A stretch of 64,000 nucleotides of DNA from an uncultured Acidobacteriota bacterium (GTDB lineage Bacteria; Acidobacteriota; Thermoanaerobaculia; Multivoradales; SZUA-115): NCBI GenBank assembly GCA_963805975.1, contig CAWDVR010000005.1, positions 384,001-448,000 on the forward strand, read 5' to 3'. Both the position numbers and the translations under genes were made by a program. Numbering within the stretch: the stretch's first letter is position 1; each line of letters opens with the position of its first letter. Below, in pieces: positions 22,496 through 31,987 of this stretch. The notes under the pieces were generated by a model. The model saw only the letters and a program-made list of their open reading frames with translations. It was not told the origin of the DNA and ran no database searches.

Positions 22496-23716
22496 TCAGT
22501 TGTATTCGACGCGCACCAGCGCCACCAGCCGCATCAGCGCCTTGTACACCGCCTCGGTGCTCTCGTGGCGGACCACGGCGTAGCCGTCGCCCTCGTAGCT
22601 GTCGGACTTGGGGGCGCCCGGCTTGGGGAGCTTGGCCTCGACGACCAGGGGGCCCAGCTCTTTCTGCGCCTGGTCGAGCCCGTGCACGGCCTTGACGCGG
22701 CCGCCGCCGGTGCCGCGGAAGAAGGCGGCGCCGGAGGCCCACTTGCGCGGCGGCGGGTTGAACTCGCCGAACACCATGAGCCGCGCCCAGGCGGAGAGGA
22801 AGTCGAACTCGTGCGCCACCGAGACCAGGGTGGTGATCTGGGCTCCCGGCGGCCGGGCCGCGACCTCGGAGATGGCGAGCGAGCCGTCGCGACGCCGGAA
22901 CCACTCGAGATGCGACAGGCCGGTCTCCATCCCCAGGGCCGTCAAGCCGCGGAAGGCCGCTTCTTTCACGTCGTCGAAACGGGGGTCCTCGCGCTCTCTC
23001 GGCAGCAGCACGCACCACTGGATCCAGGGGTTGTGCATGGCCTCGAGAGGCGTCGGCAGGTAGCGCGTCGAGGAGTACCAGACCGGCTTGCCGTGGATCG
23101 ACACGGTCTCGAACGAGTACTCGTCGCCGGTCATGAACTCCTCGAGCAGCACCGGGCGGGTTGGCGAGGGCGGGTTGACCTTGAGCGCCTCTTCGAGTGC
23201 CTCCAGCGTGCCGACGCGGAAGGTGGCCTTGGCGCCAGCGCCGTCCGGCGGCTTCACCACCAGCGGCAGGCCCACCTCGCGCGCGAAGGCGCGGGCCTCG
23301 TCCGCCGTGCCCGCCAGGCGATGGCGGGCGCAGGGCAGGCCGGCGTCGCGCAGCACGGTCTTCATACGGGCCTTGTCGCGGAAGTTCTTGGCCGCCTCGA
23401 CCCCCATGCCGGGGACGCCCAGGATCTCCCGCGCCTGGGCGAGGGGCACCTGGAGCTGCTCGAGCGCGCCCATCAGCCCGTCGAGCCCGCCGATCGAGCG
23501 GCCGAGCTCACGCGCCGCCTCGGCCAGGCGCACCGGGTCGAAGGCGTTCTCCACCCGCCGGTGGCCGGCGATCGAGGCGGCGAGAGTGGGTGGGATCTTG
23601 ACCGCCGGGTCCTGGGTGATGAGGCCGACGCGGACACCGGGCAGAGAGGCCGCGGCCTGCGCGAAGCGGGCCGTGGCCGGCATCAAAAACGGGGCTACGA
23701 AGACGACGTGGGGCAC
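22496..23716 (-). CDS. ATP-grasp domain protein (paralog B)
   Basis: FRDKARMK, PLVVKPPDGAGA, LEEFMTGDE, SHLEWF, SEVAARPPG; TATACT 8 nt upstream of the GTG. Confidence 0.9.
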   Translation of the reverse strand: MPHVVFVAPFLMPATARFAQAAASLPGVRVGLITQDPAVKIPPTLAASIAGHRRVENAFDPVRLAEAARELGRSIGGLDGLMGALEQLQVPLAQAREILGVPGMGVEAAKNFRDKARMKTVLRDAGLPCARHRLAGTADEARAFAREVGLPLVVKPPDGAGAKATFRVGTLEALEEALKVNPPSPTRPVLLEEFMTGDEYSFETVSIHGKPVWYSSTRYLPTPLEAMHNPWIQWCVLLPREREDPRFDDVKEAAFRGLTALGMETGLSHLEWFRRRDGSLAISEVAARPPGAQITTLVSVAHEFDFLSAWARLMVFGEFNPPPRKWASGAAFFRGTGGGRVKAVHGLDQAQKELGPLVVEAKLPKPGAPKSDSYEGDGYAVVRHESTEAVYKALMRLVALVRVEYN

Positions 23717-23760
23717 GGGCGGGAAGTATAGCCCGGCGAGCGGGCGTTGCCGGCCTTCTG

Positions 23761-25425
23761 CTAGACGCAGAGATAGGTGACGGCGCTTACCTGGGCCAGC
23801 CTCGCGGGGTTCGGAAAGAGGCCACCGGGCTGCGGGTCGTTGAGGTCGAGATCCTCTACGAGCGCCGTGGGATCGCTTCTCAGCTGCTTGACGTATGCCA
23901 ACGAACAATGGACGTGGTCGGCGACGTTCCGCTCGGGCCCAGTCCCGGTGGGCCACTTTCTCTTTCCACTGACCCTGAGCTTGAACCTCACGCCGTAGAA
24001 GTAGGTTTGCCAGGGATCATCGGCCTGCCGCCTGCACCATTCGATGGCCTTCTTGAGGACGGCTTCGAACCCCTTGAAGGCCATGTTCCCCTGATGGGTC
24101 AGCGCAGTGAGGTTCTCGCTCGTGGTCGTCCCTCCCAGCTCCGCGTTGAGGATGTGGCCCTTGACCCAGCAATAGAAGCGTGCGTTCGAGTGGTTCTGAT
24201 TCGGATCGTTGAGATCGTTGACGGTGGTGCACTCCAAGGTTCCGGGCGTGCTCGACACGCTGGTCAGAGCTCGGGCGGCGGCGGGCCCCAGGATCACGTC
24301 GACGGAGGTGCCTCCTGCTTGGGAGTCGAAGGTACCCCACTCCGGGAGCTTGAAGTACCGAGGCAGATGCGGAATGGGCGGGGTCGTCAGTTGACTCTGC
24401 ACCTGCTGATTGGTGTCCTGCAGAGATTTCAACTCGTTCTTCGGAACCTTTGTTTTCTTCTTGTTGGTGGTCCAAGGCTTGGACTTGGAGGGTCCGCCGC
24501 CACCGGGAACCTGAGGATTGGAGTACGGCGAGTCCCAGGGAAAACTGTGATGAACGGAGTGGCTGACGATGGAGGGGTAGCCGCCCGAGAATTGAGATCC
24601 CGGATAGCCCCCATAGAGGAAGTTCCCAGGAGGAACGCCCGTGAAATAGGGCATTGGCTGGCCCCCGGGGAAGACGTGTCCCTGGAACCCGCCGGGGAAG
24701 TAGTTCCCAGGACCGCCCAGGAAGTTCGGGTTTCCGACAACAGTTCTTTCTCTCGGGAAACTCCTGTTCCTGGACTTGTTCTTTGACTTCCCGCCCCCGG
24801 GCTCCCACCCGCTGTAGTTGCTGTTGTCCACGAAGTCGTCGAGATCCTTCTTCGATCGCTGCGCGACCCCCGGCCGTTGGGGCGGTGCCTGCTTCATCGC
24901 CCCGCTGCGATGAAGTATTGCGGGCAGGATGACCGCGGCCGGCTGCCGCGGTATCACCTGGGCAGCGCGCAGGCCCAGACGCTCGGCTTCGGCTTCGAGC
25001 GCCGGGTCCTGTAGCACGACCAGGCCCGCGCCCAGTGGGTTGCGCACTCGCCCGGACCGCTGCTGGAGCACGTGGGCGATCTCGTGGCCGAGGAGCTGCC
25101 GCCCGGCGCCCGTCCCCGGCACGAACTGGCCGGGGGCGAAGTGGATCTCGGAGCCCAGGGTGAAGGCCGCGGCACCCAGCGCCGAGGCGTGGGGGCCCTC
25201 GTGGATGCGCACCTCGCCGAGGCCGGCACCGAAGACCTCCTCCATGTGGCGGCGCACGCCCTCGGGAAGGGGCCGGCCTCCCCCGGCCGGCAGGCGGAGG
25301 GCCGCCGGCTCGAGCGGGACGACACCGGAAGCCCGGCCGGTGGATCGCTGGATCGGGTCCTGCGCCCGGGCCGACACCGCGGGCAGACCTCGGACGAACT
25401 TGCCCTGGATCACTCCGGAACGCAT
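23761..25425 (-). CDS. DUF4157 (eCIS core) domain protein with C-terminal non-specific endonuclease-like toxin domain
   Basis: GGGRPLP...MEEVFGAGLGEVRIH...AAAFTLGSEIHFAPG...LLGHEIAHVLQQ (DUF4157); C-terminal WVKGHILNAELGG...ENLTALTHQGN resembling His-Me DNA/RNA non-specific endonucleases. Confidence 0.8.
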   Translation of the reverse strand: MRSGVIQGKFVRGLPAVSARAQDPIQRSTGRASGVVPLEPAALRLPAGGGRPLPEGVRRHMEEVFGAGLGEVRIHEGPHASALGAAAFTLGSEIHFAPGQFVPGTGAGRQLLGHEIAHVLQQRSGRVRNPLGAGLVVLQDPALEAEAERLGLRAAQVIPRQPAAVILPAILHRSGAMKQAPPQRPGVAQRSKKDLDDFVDNSNYSGWEPGGGKSKNKSRNRSFPRERTVVGNPNFLGGPGNYFPGGFQGHVFPGGQPMPYFTGVPPGNFLYGGYPGSQFSGGYPSIVSHSVHHSFPWDSPYSNPQVPGGGGPSKSKPWTTNKKKTKVPKNELKSLQDTNQQVQSQLTTPPIPHLPRYFKLPEWGTFDSQAGGTSVDVILGPAAARALTSVSSTPGTLECTTVNDLNDPNQNHSNARFYCWVKGHILNAELGGTTTSENLTALTHQGNMAFKGFEAVLKKAIEWCRRQADDPWQTYFYGVRFKLRVSGKRKWPTGTGPERNVADHVHCSLAYVKQLRSDPTALVEDLDLNDPQPGGLFPNPARLAQVSAVTYLCV

Positions 25426-25567
25426 ACGACCTCGCCCAGATGTTTTGGAAAAGCTAGCACGGCCCGGCGTCTTTTTGGGTTGGCAGAGGTCCCCACGGTA
25501 GGATCGGCCGGCCGCCGGGTGATGCGATCAGGGTTCCCGAGCCAAACCCGCGCGCTGGGAGGGTCGA

Positions 25568-26833
25568 ATGCGCAACGTCGTGACCGCCATTCTGGGTGGG
25601 GGGCAGGGAGCTCGCCTCTGGCCGCTGACCAAGAACCGGGCCAAGCCAGCGGTGCCGGTGGGCGGCAACTACCGGCTGATCGACATTCCGATCTCCAACA
25701 GCCTGCACGCCGGCATCAACCGCATTTTCGTCCTGACACAGTTCAACAGCGCGAGCCTGCACCGCCACATCGCGCAGACCTACCGCTTCGATGTCTTTTC
25801 GCGCGGCTTCGTCAACATCCTGGCTGCCGAGCAGGGGCTCGCGAACCGCGACTGGTACCAGGGCACGGCCGACGCCGTGCGCCAGAACCTGGAGCGGCTG
25901 CTGCACATGCAGCCGTCGGAGATCCTGGTGCTGTCCGGCGACCAGCTCTACCTGATGGACATGCGGGCCTTCGTCGAGTGCCATCGCCAGAAGAAGGCCG
26001 AGATGACCGTGGCGGTCAAGGCGGTGCCGCGCTCGCAGGCCAAGGGCCTGGGGATCATGCGCGTCAACTCCGCCGGCCGCATCATCGAGTTCGTGGAGAA
26101 GCCGACCGAGAAGGAAGACCTCGACCGCCTGATGACCGACGCCGCCACGCTCAAGAAGCTGGGTTTCGAGACCGAGGAGGACGCACTCCTCGCCAGCATG
26201 GGCATCTACGTCTTCAAGCCCGGGCTGCTGCCGCAGCTTCTCGACGGCAACGACGACCACGACTTCGGCAAGCAGGTGATCCCCAAGGCGATCCACGAGC
26301 GCCGCATCTACGCCTTCGGCTACAACGGATACTGGCGCGACATCGGCACCATCGGCAGCTTCCACCAGGCCAACATCGAGCTCGCCGTGCCGATGCCGCC
26401 GCTCAATCTCTACGACTCGGCCTATCCGATCTACACGCACCCCCGCTTTCTGCCGGGCGTCAAGATCAACGAGTGCAAAGTGGATCACTCGGTGATCTGC
26501 GACGGCTCGATCATCAGCGGTGCCGAGATCAGCCGCTCGATCGTCGGGGTGCGTTCCGTGATGCGCGGCGGCACGCGCATCGAGTCCAGCATCGTGATGG
26601 GAAACAACTTCTACGAGCCCGAGGACAAGGCCGGAGGCCGGGTACCTCTCGGCATCGGCCGGGACTGCATCATCAAGGACGCCATCCTGGACCGCGACGT
26701 GCGCATCGGTGATGGCGTCCGCTTGGTGAATGCGGGCAAGGTCGTGCACGCCGACGGCGATGGCTACTTCATCCGCGACGGCATCATCGTGGTGCCGGCC
26801 GGGGCCGTGGTGCCGGACGGCACGGAGGTCTAG
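25568..26833 (+). CDS. glgC: Glucose-1-phosphate adenylyltransferase
   Basis: ILGGGQGARLWPLTKNRAKPAVP, YRLIDIP, WYQGTADAV, LSGDQLY, FVEKP, SMGIYVF, DFGK, YWRDIGT, beta-helix tail. Confidence 0.95.
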   Translation: MRNVVTAILGGGQGARLWPLTKNRAKPAVPVGGNYRLIDIPISNSLHAGINRIFVLTQFNSASLHRHIAQTYRFDVFSRGFVNILAAEQGLANRDWYQGTADAVRQNLERLLHMQPSEILVLSGDQLYLMDMRAFVECHRQKKAEMTVAVKAVPRSQAKGLGIMRVNSAGRIIEFVEKPTEKEDLDRLMTDAATLKKLGFETEEDALLASMGIYVFKPGLLPQLLDGNDDHDFGKQVIPKAIHERRIYAFGYNGYWRDIGTIGSFHQANIELAVPMPPLNLYDSAYPIYTHPRFLPGVKINECKVDHSVICDGSIISGAEISRSIVGVRSVMRGGTRIESSIVMGNNFYEPEDKAGGRVPLGIGRDCIIKDAILDRDVRIGDGVRLVNAGKVVHADGDGYFIRDGIIVVPAGAVVPDGTEV

Positions 26834-28302
26834 TGGATCGCCCGCTGCGCATCTGCCAGGCGAGCTCCGAGCTGGCGCCGTTCGCCAAGACCGGCGGTCT
26901 GGGGGACGTCGCCGCCTCGCTCGCCCGCTACCTCCACCGTGCCGGCCACGACGTGCGCGCCTTCCTGCCGCTGTACTCGAAGATCGATCGCTCCAAGCAC
27001 GCCTTCCTGCCCGTTTCCTTCCTGCACGACGTGCCGTTGCGGATGGGGCCGCACCACTTCACCTTCACCGTCTACACCTCGCCGCTCCCGGGCACCGCTC
27101 TGCCGCTCTACTTCATCCATTGCCCGGCGCTCTACGATCGCGACGGTTTCTACACCCAGGACGCGGACGAGGGGCTGCGCTTCGCCTTCCTGTCGCGGGC
27201 GGTGATCGAGTGCTGCCAGCGCATGGGCTGGGCGCCGGACATCGTGCATACCCATGACTGGCACACGGCCCTGATGCCGCTCTACCTGCGCACCCTCTAC
27301 GCCTGGGACAGCCTGTTCGCCCACACCAGGACGGTGCTGACCCTCCACAACGTGGGCTACCAGGGAGTCTTCGGCAGCGGCCTGCTGCCCGATCTCGAGC
27401 TCTCGGGCTTCACCTCGTACCTTTTCCAGGACGATCTGGCCGCCGGGCGGGTGAACTTCCTCAAGACCGGCGTCCTGTACTCCGGGGTGCTCACCACCGT
27501 GTCGCGCACCCATGCGCTCGAGATCCAGACCGACCGCTACGGCATGGGCCTCCAGGGCTTGCTGCGGGCGCGCGCCGACCACCTGGTGGGGATCGTCAAC
27601 GGTATCGACGCCGAGGAGTGGGACCCGGCCGCCGACCCTCACATCCCCCATCCCTACTCCGCCGCCGACCTCTCGGGCAAGGCGCTCGACAAGCTCCATC
27701 TGCTGGACGCTCTCGGCCTGGCCGCCGAGCCACGGGTGCCGCTCATGGGTGTGGTCTCGAGGCTCACCGCGCAGAAGGGGCTCGATCTCTTCTTCGAGGT
27801 GATGCCGGGCCTCCTCTCGCGGCGCAACGCGCGGCTCGTGGTGCTGGGCAACGGCGAGCGCAGGTACGAGGAGTTCTTCGCCGGGCTCCAGCACGGGTTT
27901 CCCGACCGCGTGATCTTCTACCGCGGCTACAGCGAGCCGTTGGCGCACCTCGTCGAGGCGGGCGCCGACCTCTTCCTCATGCCGTCGCTCTACGAGCCCT
28001 GCGGCCTCAACCAGATGTACAGCCAGCGCTACGGCACGCCGCCGGTGGTGAGGAAGACGGGAGGCCTCGCGGATACCGTGGAGCCGTTCGACCCGGCCAC
28101 TGGCGCCGGCACCGGCTTCGTGTTCGAGCACTTCACGCCCGAGGGCTTGGCCTGGGCCGTGAACCTGGCGCTCGACGTCTACCAGGACCGCGAGGCATGG
28201 CAGCGGCTGATGCTCGCCGGGATGGCCCAGGACTTCTCCTGGGAGACCCAGATCGAGCGCTACGTGGGTCTTTTCCGGGCGCTCCTTGCCGGTCGGTTCT
28301 GA
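26833..28302 (+). CDS. glgA: Glycogen synthase
   Basis: SELAPFAKTGGLGDV, HTHDWHT, TLHNVGYQG, GIVNGID, SRLTAQKG, MPSLYEPCGLNQMY, TGGLADTV. Confidence 0.95.
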   Translation: MDRPLRICQASSELAPFAKTGGLGDVAASLARYLHRAGHDVRAFLPLYSKIDRSKHAFLPVSFLHDVPLRMGPHHFTFTVYTSPLPGTALPLYFIHCPALYDRDGFYTQDADEGLRFAFLSRAVIECCQRMGWAPDIVHTHDWHTALMPLYLRTLYAWDSLFAHTRTVLTLHNVGYQGVFGSGLLPDLELSGFTSYLFQDDLAAGRVNFLKTGVLYSGVLTTVSRTHALEIQTDRYGMGLQGLLRARADHLVGIVNGIDAEEWDPAADPHIPHPYSAADLSGKALDKLHLLDALGLAAEPRVPLMGVVSRLTAQKGLDLFFEVMPGLLSRRNARLVVLGNGERRYEEFFAGLQHGFPDRVIFYRGYSEPLAHLVEAGADLFLMPSLYEPCGLNQMYSQRYGTPPVVRKTGGLADTVEPFDPATGAGTGFVFEHFTPEGLAWAVNLALDVYQDREAWQRLMLAGMAQDFSWETQIERYVGLFRALLAGRF

Positions 28303-28394
28303 TTGGCCGCGCGCGGATACGTTTCGCCGCCGAACTGTCTCGACGCCCGCCGGCTCTTCGCCTGCTCTCGGCGGCGTAGATAGATAATGAAGCC

Positions 28395-28640
28395 ATGGCG
28401 GACGGTGACGAAGGTGGCTCGGGCCAGTGGAAAGAGATCCAGGCCCTGGTCGCGCGCCTCGAGCCCCGCATCATCGAGATGTTCCAGCGCTACGGTGTCT
28501 CTCCAGACACCGCCGCCGTGATCCTCGCCGACGTGGTCGCGATGCTGATCTACCGCTGGCGCAACGTGGCGACCCCGGAGGCCTGGTTCCTGGAGATGCT
28601 CGAAAGCCGCGCCTGGAGGAGCCGCCTGAAGGAACCGTAG
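28395..28640 (+). CDS. Small protein resembling an isolated sigma-70 region 2
   Basis: 81 aa; LEPRIIEMFQRYGV...AAVILADVVAMLIYRWRNVATPEAWFLEMLESRA resembles ECF region 2; AT-rich upstream (TAGATAAT). Confidence 0.6.
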   Translation: MADGDEGGSGQWKEIQALVARLEPRIIEMFQRYGVSPDTAAVILADVVAMLIYRWRNVATPEAWFLEMLESRAWRSRLKEP

Positions 28641-28740
28641 GACGGCCGCGGGCCGGCAAGAACGGCCGGCACAGGTCCGGCCGCTACGACGACAACGGCT
28701 CCTCCGGACGTAGCGGCAGGGCTCGTCCCGGCCGTCCCCT

Positions 28741-31700
28741 CTACGACGGCGGTTTGGTCGCGGCCGAGAGCGCCCCCACCTCGGCACCGCCGTCCTTTGC
28801 TTCTTCGAGCGCTTTCTTCTCCTCGTCGGGATGGCCGGTGGCACGGGCGGCGATGGCGAGCAGCGCCGAGCCCTCGGCGCCCGCGATCGTGCCGCGCTTC
28901 AAGACCCCCTTGCGCAACAGCCGGTAGGCGCGCTCGGCATCGCCCTCGTGCAGGGCCAGGCGCGCATCCAGGAGGTCGATCTCGCCCTTCCACCAGGGTT
29001 GCTGGCCGAGCGGCAGGAGGTCCCGCGCCCGGGCGAGCGCCGCCCGCGCCTCGCCGTCGCGCCCGCCGTCGAGGTAGAGCCGGGTGAGGAAGAGCTGCAC
29101 GCGGCCGTCGAGCAGCCGGCCCGAGGCCTCGAGGTCGCCGGGCCTGGGCGAGTCCTCGTAGCCGGGGCCGGCGAAGATCTCGGCGGTGAGCGCCTGGGTG
29201 GCGAGCCGCTCCGCCTCGTCGCGCCGGTCCTCGGCCGCGCGGTCCATCGCCTGGTAGAGGAGCATGAGCTTGGGGTGCCGCCGCTGGTTGAAGAAGCGGC
29301 CGAAGACCTCCTCCCGGCGGTCGAGCCAGATCTCCTTCGGCTCGTGGTCGAGCTCGAAGGAGAGCGGCGTCGACTCGCCCTTGAGCAGCACGTGGCCGAG
29401 GAGCAGGCTGTTGCCGATCTCCTTGGCCTCGTCTTTCTTCGTTTTTTTCTCGGCCGGCTTCGCCGGATCGTAGACCGCGATCTCGAACCGGCACGATGAG
29501 CGCCGAGTCCGCGATGCGCGCCAGCTCGATCCGCTCGCGCCGGACGTCGAAGCTTTCCTCCCTCCTCCACCACGCGGTAGCGGAAGCGGTAGGGCGCGCT
29601 CTGGCGGGCGGTGCCGGTGATCTTCCACTTGCCGCCTTCCGCCTTCGCGAAGCCGTAGTCGTAGTACACCTCGGGCAGACCGGTGCCGTAGATGAACTGC
29701 TTGGCAAAGCCGTCGAGCTCGACCCCCGACAGCCGCTCGAGGGCCTCGAGGAAGAGCTCGGTCGAGATCGCGCGGTGCCCGGCGATCTCGACCGTCTTCT
29801 CGAGCATCTCGAGGAAGGCCTGCTCGCCGAAGCGGCGGGCGAGCATGTCGAGCACCACCGCGCCCTTGCGGTAGACGATCGAGCTGTAGGCGTCGTCGCC
29901 GTGGCTCGAGATCAACCGCGATCCCAGGACCAGCGGCCCCAGTGACTCGACGGGCCGGCCGTCCGTCGGTCTCGGTGAGCAGGTCGATGCCTGCCAGCCG
30001 GAGGTCGGGCCGCGGGCGTACCGGAGTTCGCCGCCGAGCTTGTTCCGGGCATAGAGCACCGACGCGTAGTTGGCCATCGCCTCGGACAGCCACTGGTCGC
30101 GGTAGCTCTGCCAGCCGACCTGGTGCCCCCACCACTGGTGGGCGATCTCGTGCGCGACGACCGTGCGCGAGTCTTCGAGCCCGATCAGCCAGACCGGAAT
30201 CGGTCGTCCGCCATCATCAGGGCCGACAGGGTGACGAAGCCGAGGAGGGCCTGCGAGAAGAGCGCGGGCGTCAGCGACCAGGGTCATCTCGTCGAGCGGG
30301 TACGGGCCGAAGATCTTCTCGAAGTAGGTGATCGAGTCGCGGCGGCGCTCAGGATCCGGTCCTCGATCTCCTTGCGGCTGCGTAGGCGACATCGGCATCA
30401 TGCCGAGGCGGATCGCCACGTGCCCGGCCTGCCGCGTCTGGAGGTGGAACTTGCCGACCTCGAAGCCGAGGCCCGCCGCCGGCAGATCGATCGAACGCCG
30501 TTCCCAACGCCGCCCGCCCTTCTCCTCGCCGCCGTCCACCCGCTTGCCGCCCGCCAAGAGTTCGAGCCGCCCCGGCCAGTGGAAGGTCACGTCGTAGGTG
30601 GCGCGGTCGATCTCGCCGGCATGCGGGTGCCATTGCACGGTCTCGTAGAGCAGGAAGACGCCGCCCTCGATCTTCTCGAAGAGCGGGCCCTCGAAAAACA
30701 CCTCGACGACGGCCGTCTCCCCCGCCGCCGGCGCCCGTGGCAGGACGACCATCACCTGGCCGGCGTTCTGGCGGAAGGGCAGGGCCTCTCCGGAGGCGCC
30801 CTGGACGCGGGTGACCTCGAGATCTTTGTAGAGCTCCAGGGACGCGATGCGGGTGAGGCCGGTCTGCGCCTGGAGCTGGATCTGCGCCCGGCCGGAGACC
30901 TCCAGATCCTTGTCGGCGAGCGCGAGGTCCACCACGTAGCGCTGGGGCTCGAAGCCGGGGCCGCCCGGGGTGAGCTTGGCCGAGCTCCCGCGGAGCGAGG
31001 CCGAGACCCAGGTGTCCCAGGCCCCGAGATCCTTGATCTCGACGCCGATCAGCCGCCCGCGCCGCTGCTCGCGGTGGATCAGCTTGCTCGCCTGGCGCTT
31101 CTCCTTCTCGGTCAGATCGATGGGCACGAACTGGCCGAGCGTCACCTGCTCGACGGAGTCGGGCTCCACGACGTAGAGGAACTTGCCCAGCTCCTCGCTC
31201 GAGAACCAGCCGGCAAAGTACATCTGGTAGAGCGGGTCGCCGAGCCCGTCCGCGAGGAGCGCGCCGTCCACGTCGAGCTGCTTGCGCTCGGCGCTCGCCC
31301 GCCAAGCGGAGAAGAGCTCCGTGGCGCGGGTGGCGAGAGCCGGTTCCACGACCGCCGGGGCGCGCTTGAAGATCGCCTCCGCCGCCCGGTCGTTGGCCAG
31401 CACGAAGGCGGCCTCGTCGAGCTTGATCTCGAGGCGGGTCTTGCCGGTGAAGAGCTCGAGCTGCGCCTTCTCGACCTCGTCCGGCGGCTCGAGCACCAGG
31501 CGGGCCGAGCCCAGGAAAACGGCCTCGGTGACCCTGCCGCCGACCGGGCTCGCGGGAAAGAAAGTGCCCTTCTCGACCTTGAGCACCGCCATGCCGGTGT
31601 TGAGCGAGAGGCCCTGCACGCTGACCGCCTTGGTGATGTCGAGCCGGACGGCGGCGATCTCGGCGAGGCGGGCGTCGAGGCCCTCGTCGGCACCGATAGG

Positions 31701-31769
31701 GGAAGCACTGGCCAAGAGGGACAGCAGGCCGAAGAGCACGAAGGCGTGATGTCGGGGTCTGGGCGTCAT
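28741..31769 (-). CDS. Secreted M1-family zinc aminopeptidase with C-terminal helical/TPR-like region (several apparent frameshifts)
   Basis: Signal peptide; FGPYP, VAHEIAHQWWG...WLSEAMANY (HExxH-x18-E), IVYRKGAVVL. Frame slips at ~30390/30340, ~30270/30200, ~29990-29970 and ~29560, then continues in the frame ending at 28741. Confidence 0.8.
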
Positions 31770-31798
31770 GGGTGGAGGGCTCCGGCTAGCAGGTCGGC

Positions 31799-31933
31799 TG
31801 TCATCCCGAGCGCAGCGAGGGATCTGGAGGTTGGGTGAGCTCACGGCGCCCAAGAGCCGCCCGCCCGGATCCTTCGCTACGCTCAGGATGACAATGGCTG
31901 CGATCAGATGACGATGCCTTCGCTCGGGATGAC
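31799..31933. repeat. REP-like inverted repeat pair plus partial third copy (GTCATCCYGAGCG-type)
   Basis: TGTCATCCCGAGCGCAGCGAGGGATCT (31799-31825) inverted against GGATCCTTCGCTACGCTCAGGATGACA (31867-31893); partial CGCTCGGGATGAC (31921-31933). Confidence 0.8.
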
Positions 31934-31987
31934 GATGGCTTCGTTGCATCAGGTGCCGTCGTGCGAGGAGGGGTTTAGCCCTCGCCG

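Noticed and set aside
28741-31769. M1 aminopeptidase as pseudogene or programmed frameshift
   Set aside because: Several mutually compensating single-base indels, no in-frame stops, intact catalytic motifs and no slippery sites. More consistent with long-read consensus errors; read mapping would decide.
31799-31933. CRISPR array
   Set aside because: The repeats are inverted rather than direct, there are only 2-3 copies, and no cas genes are present.
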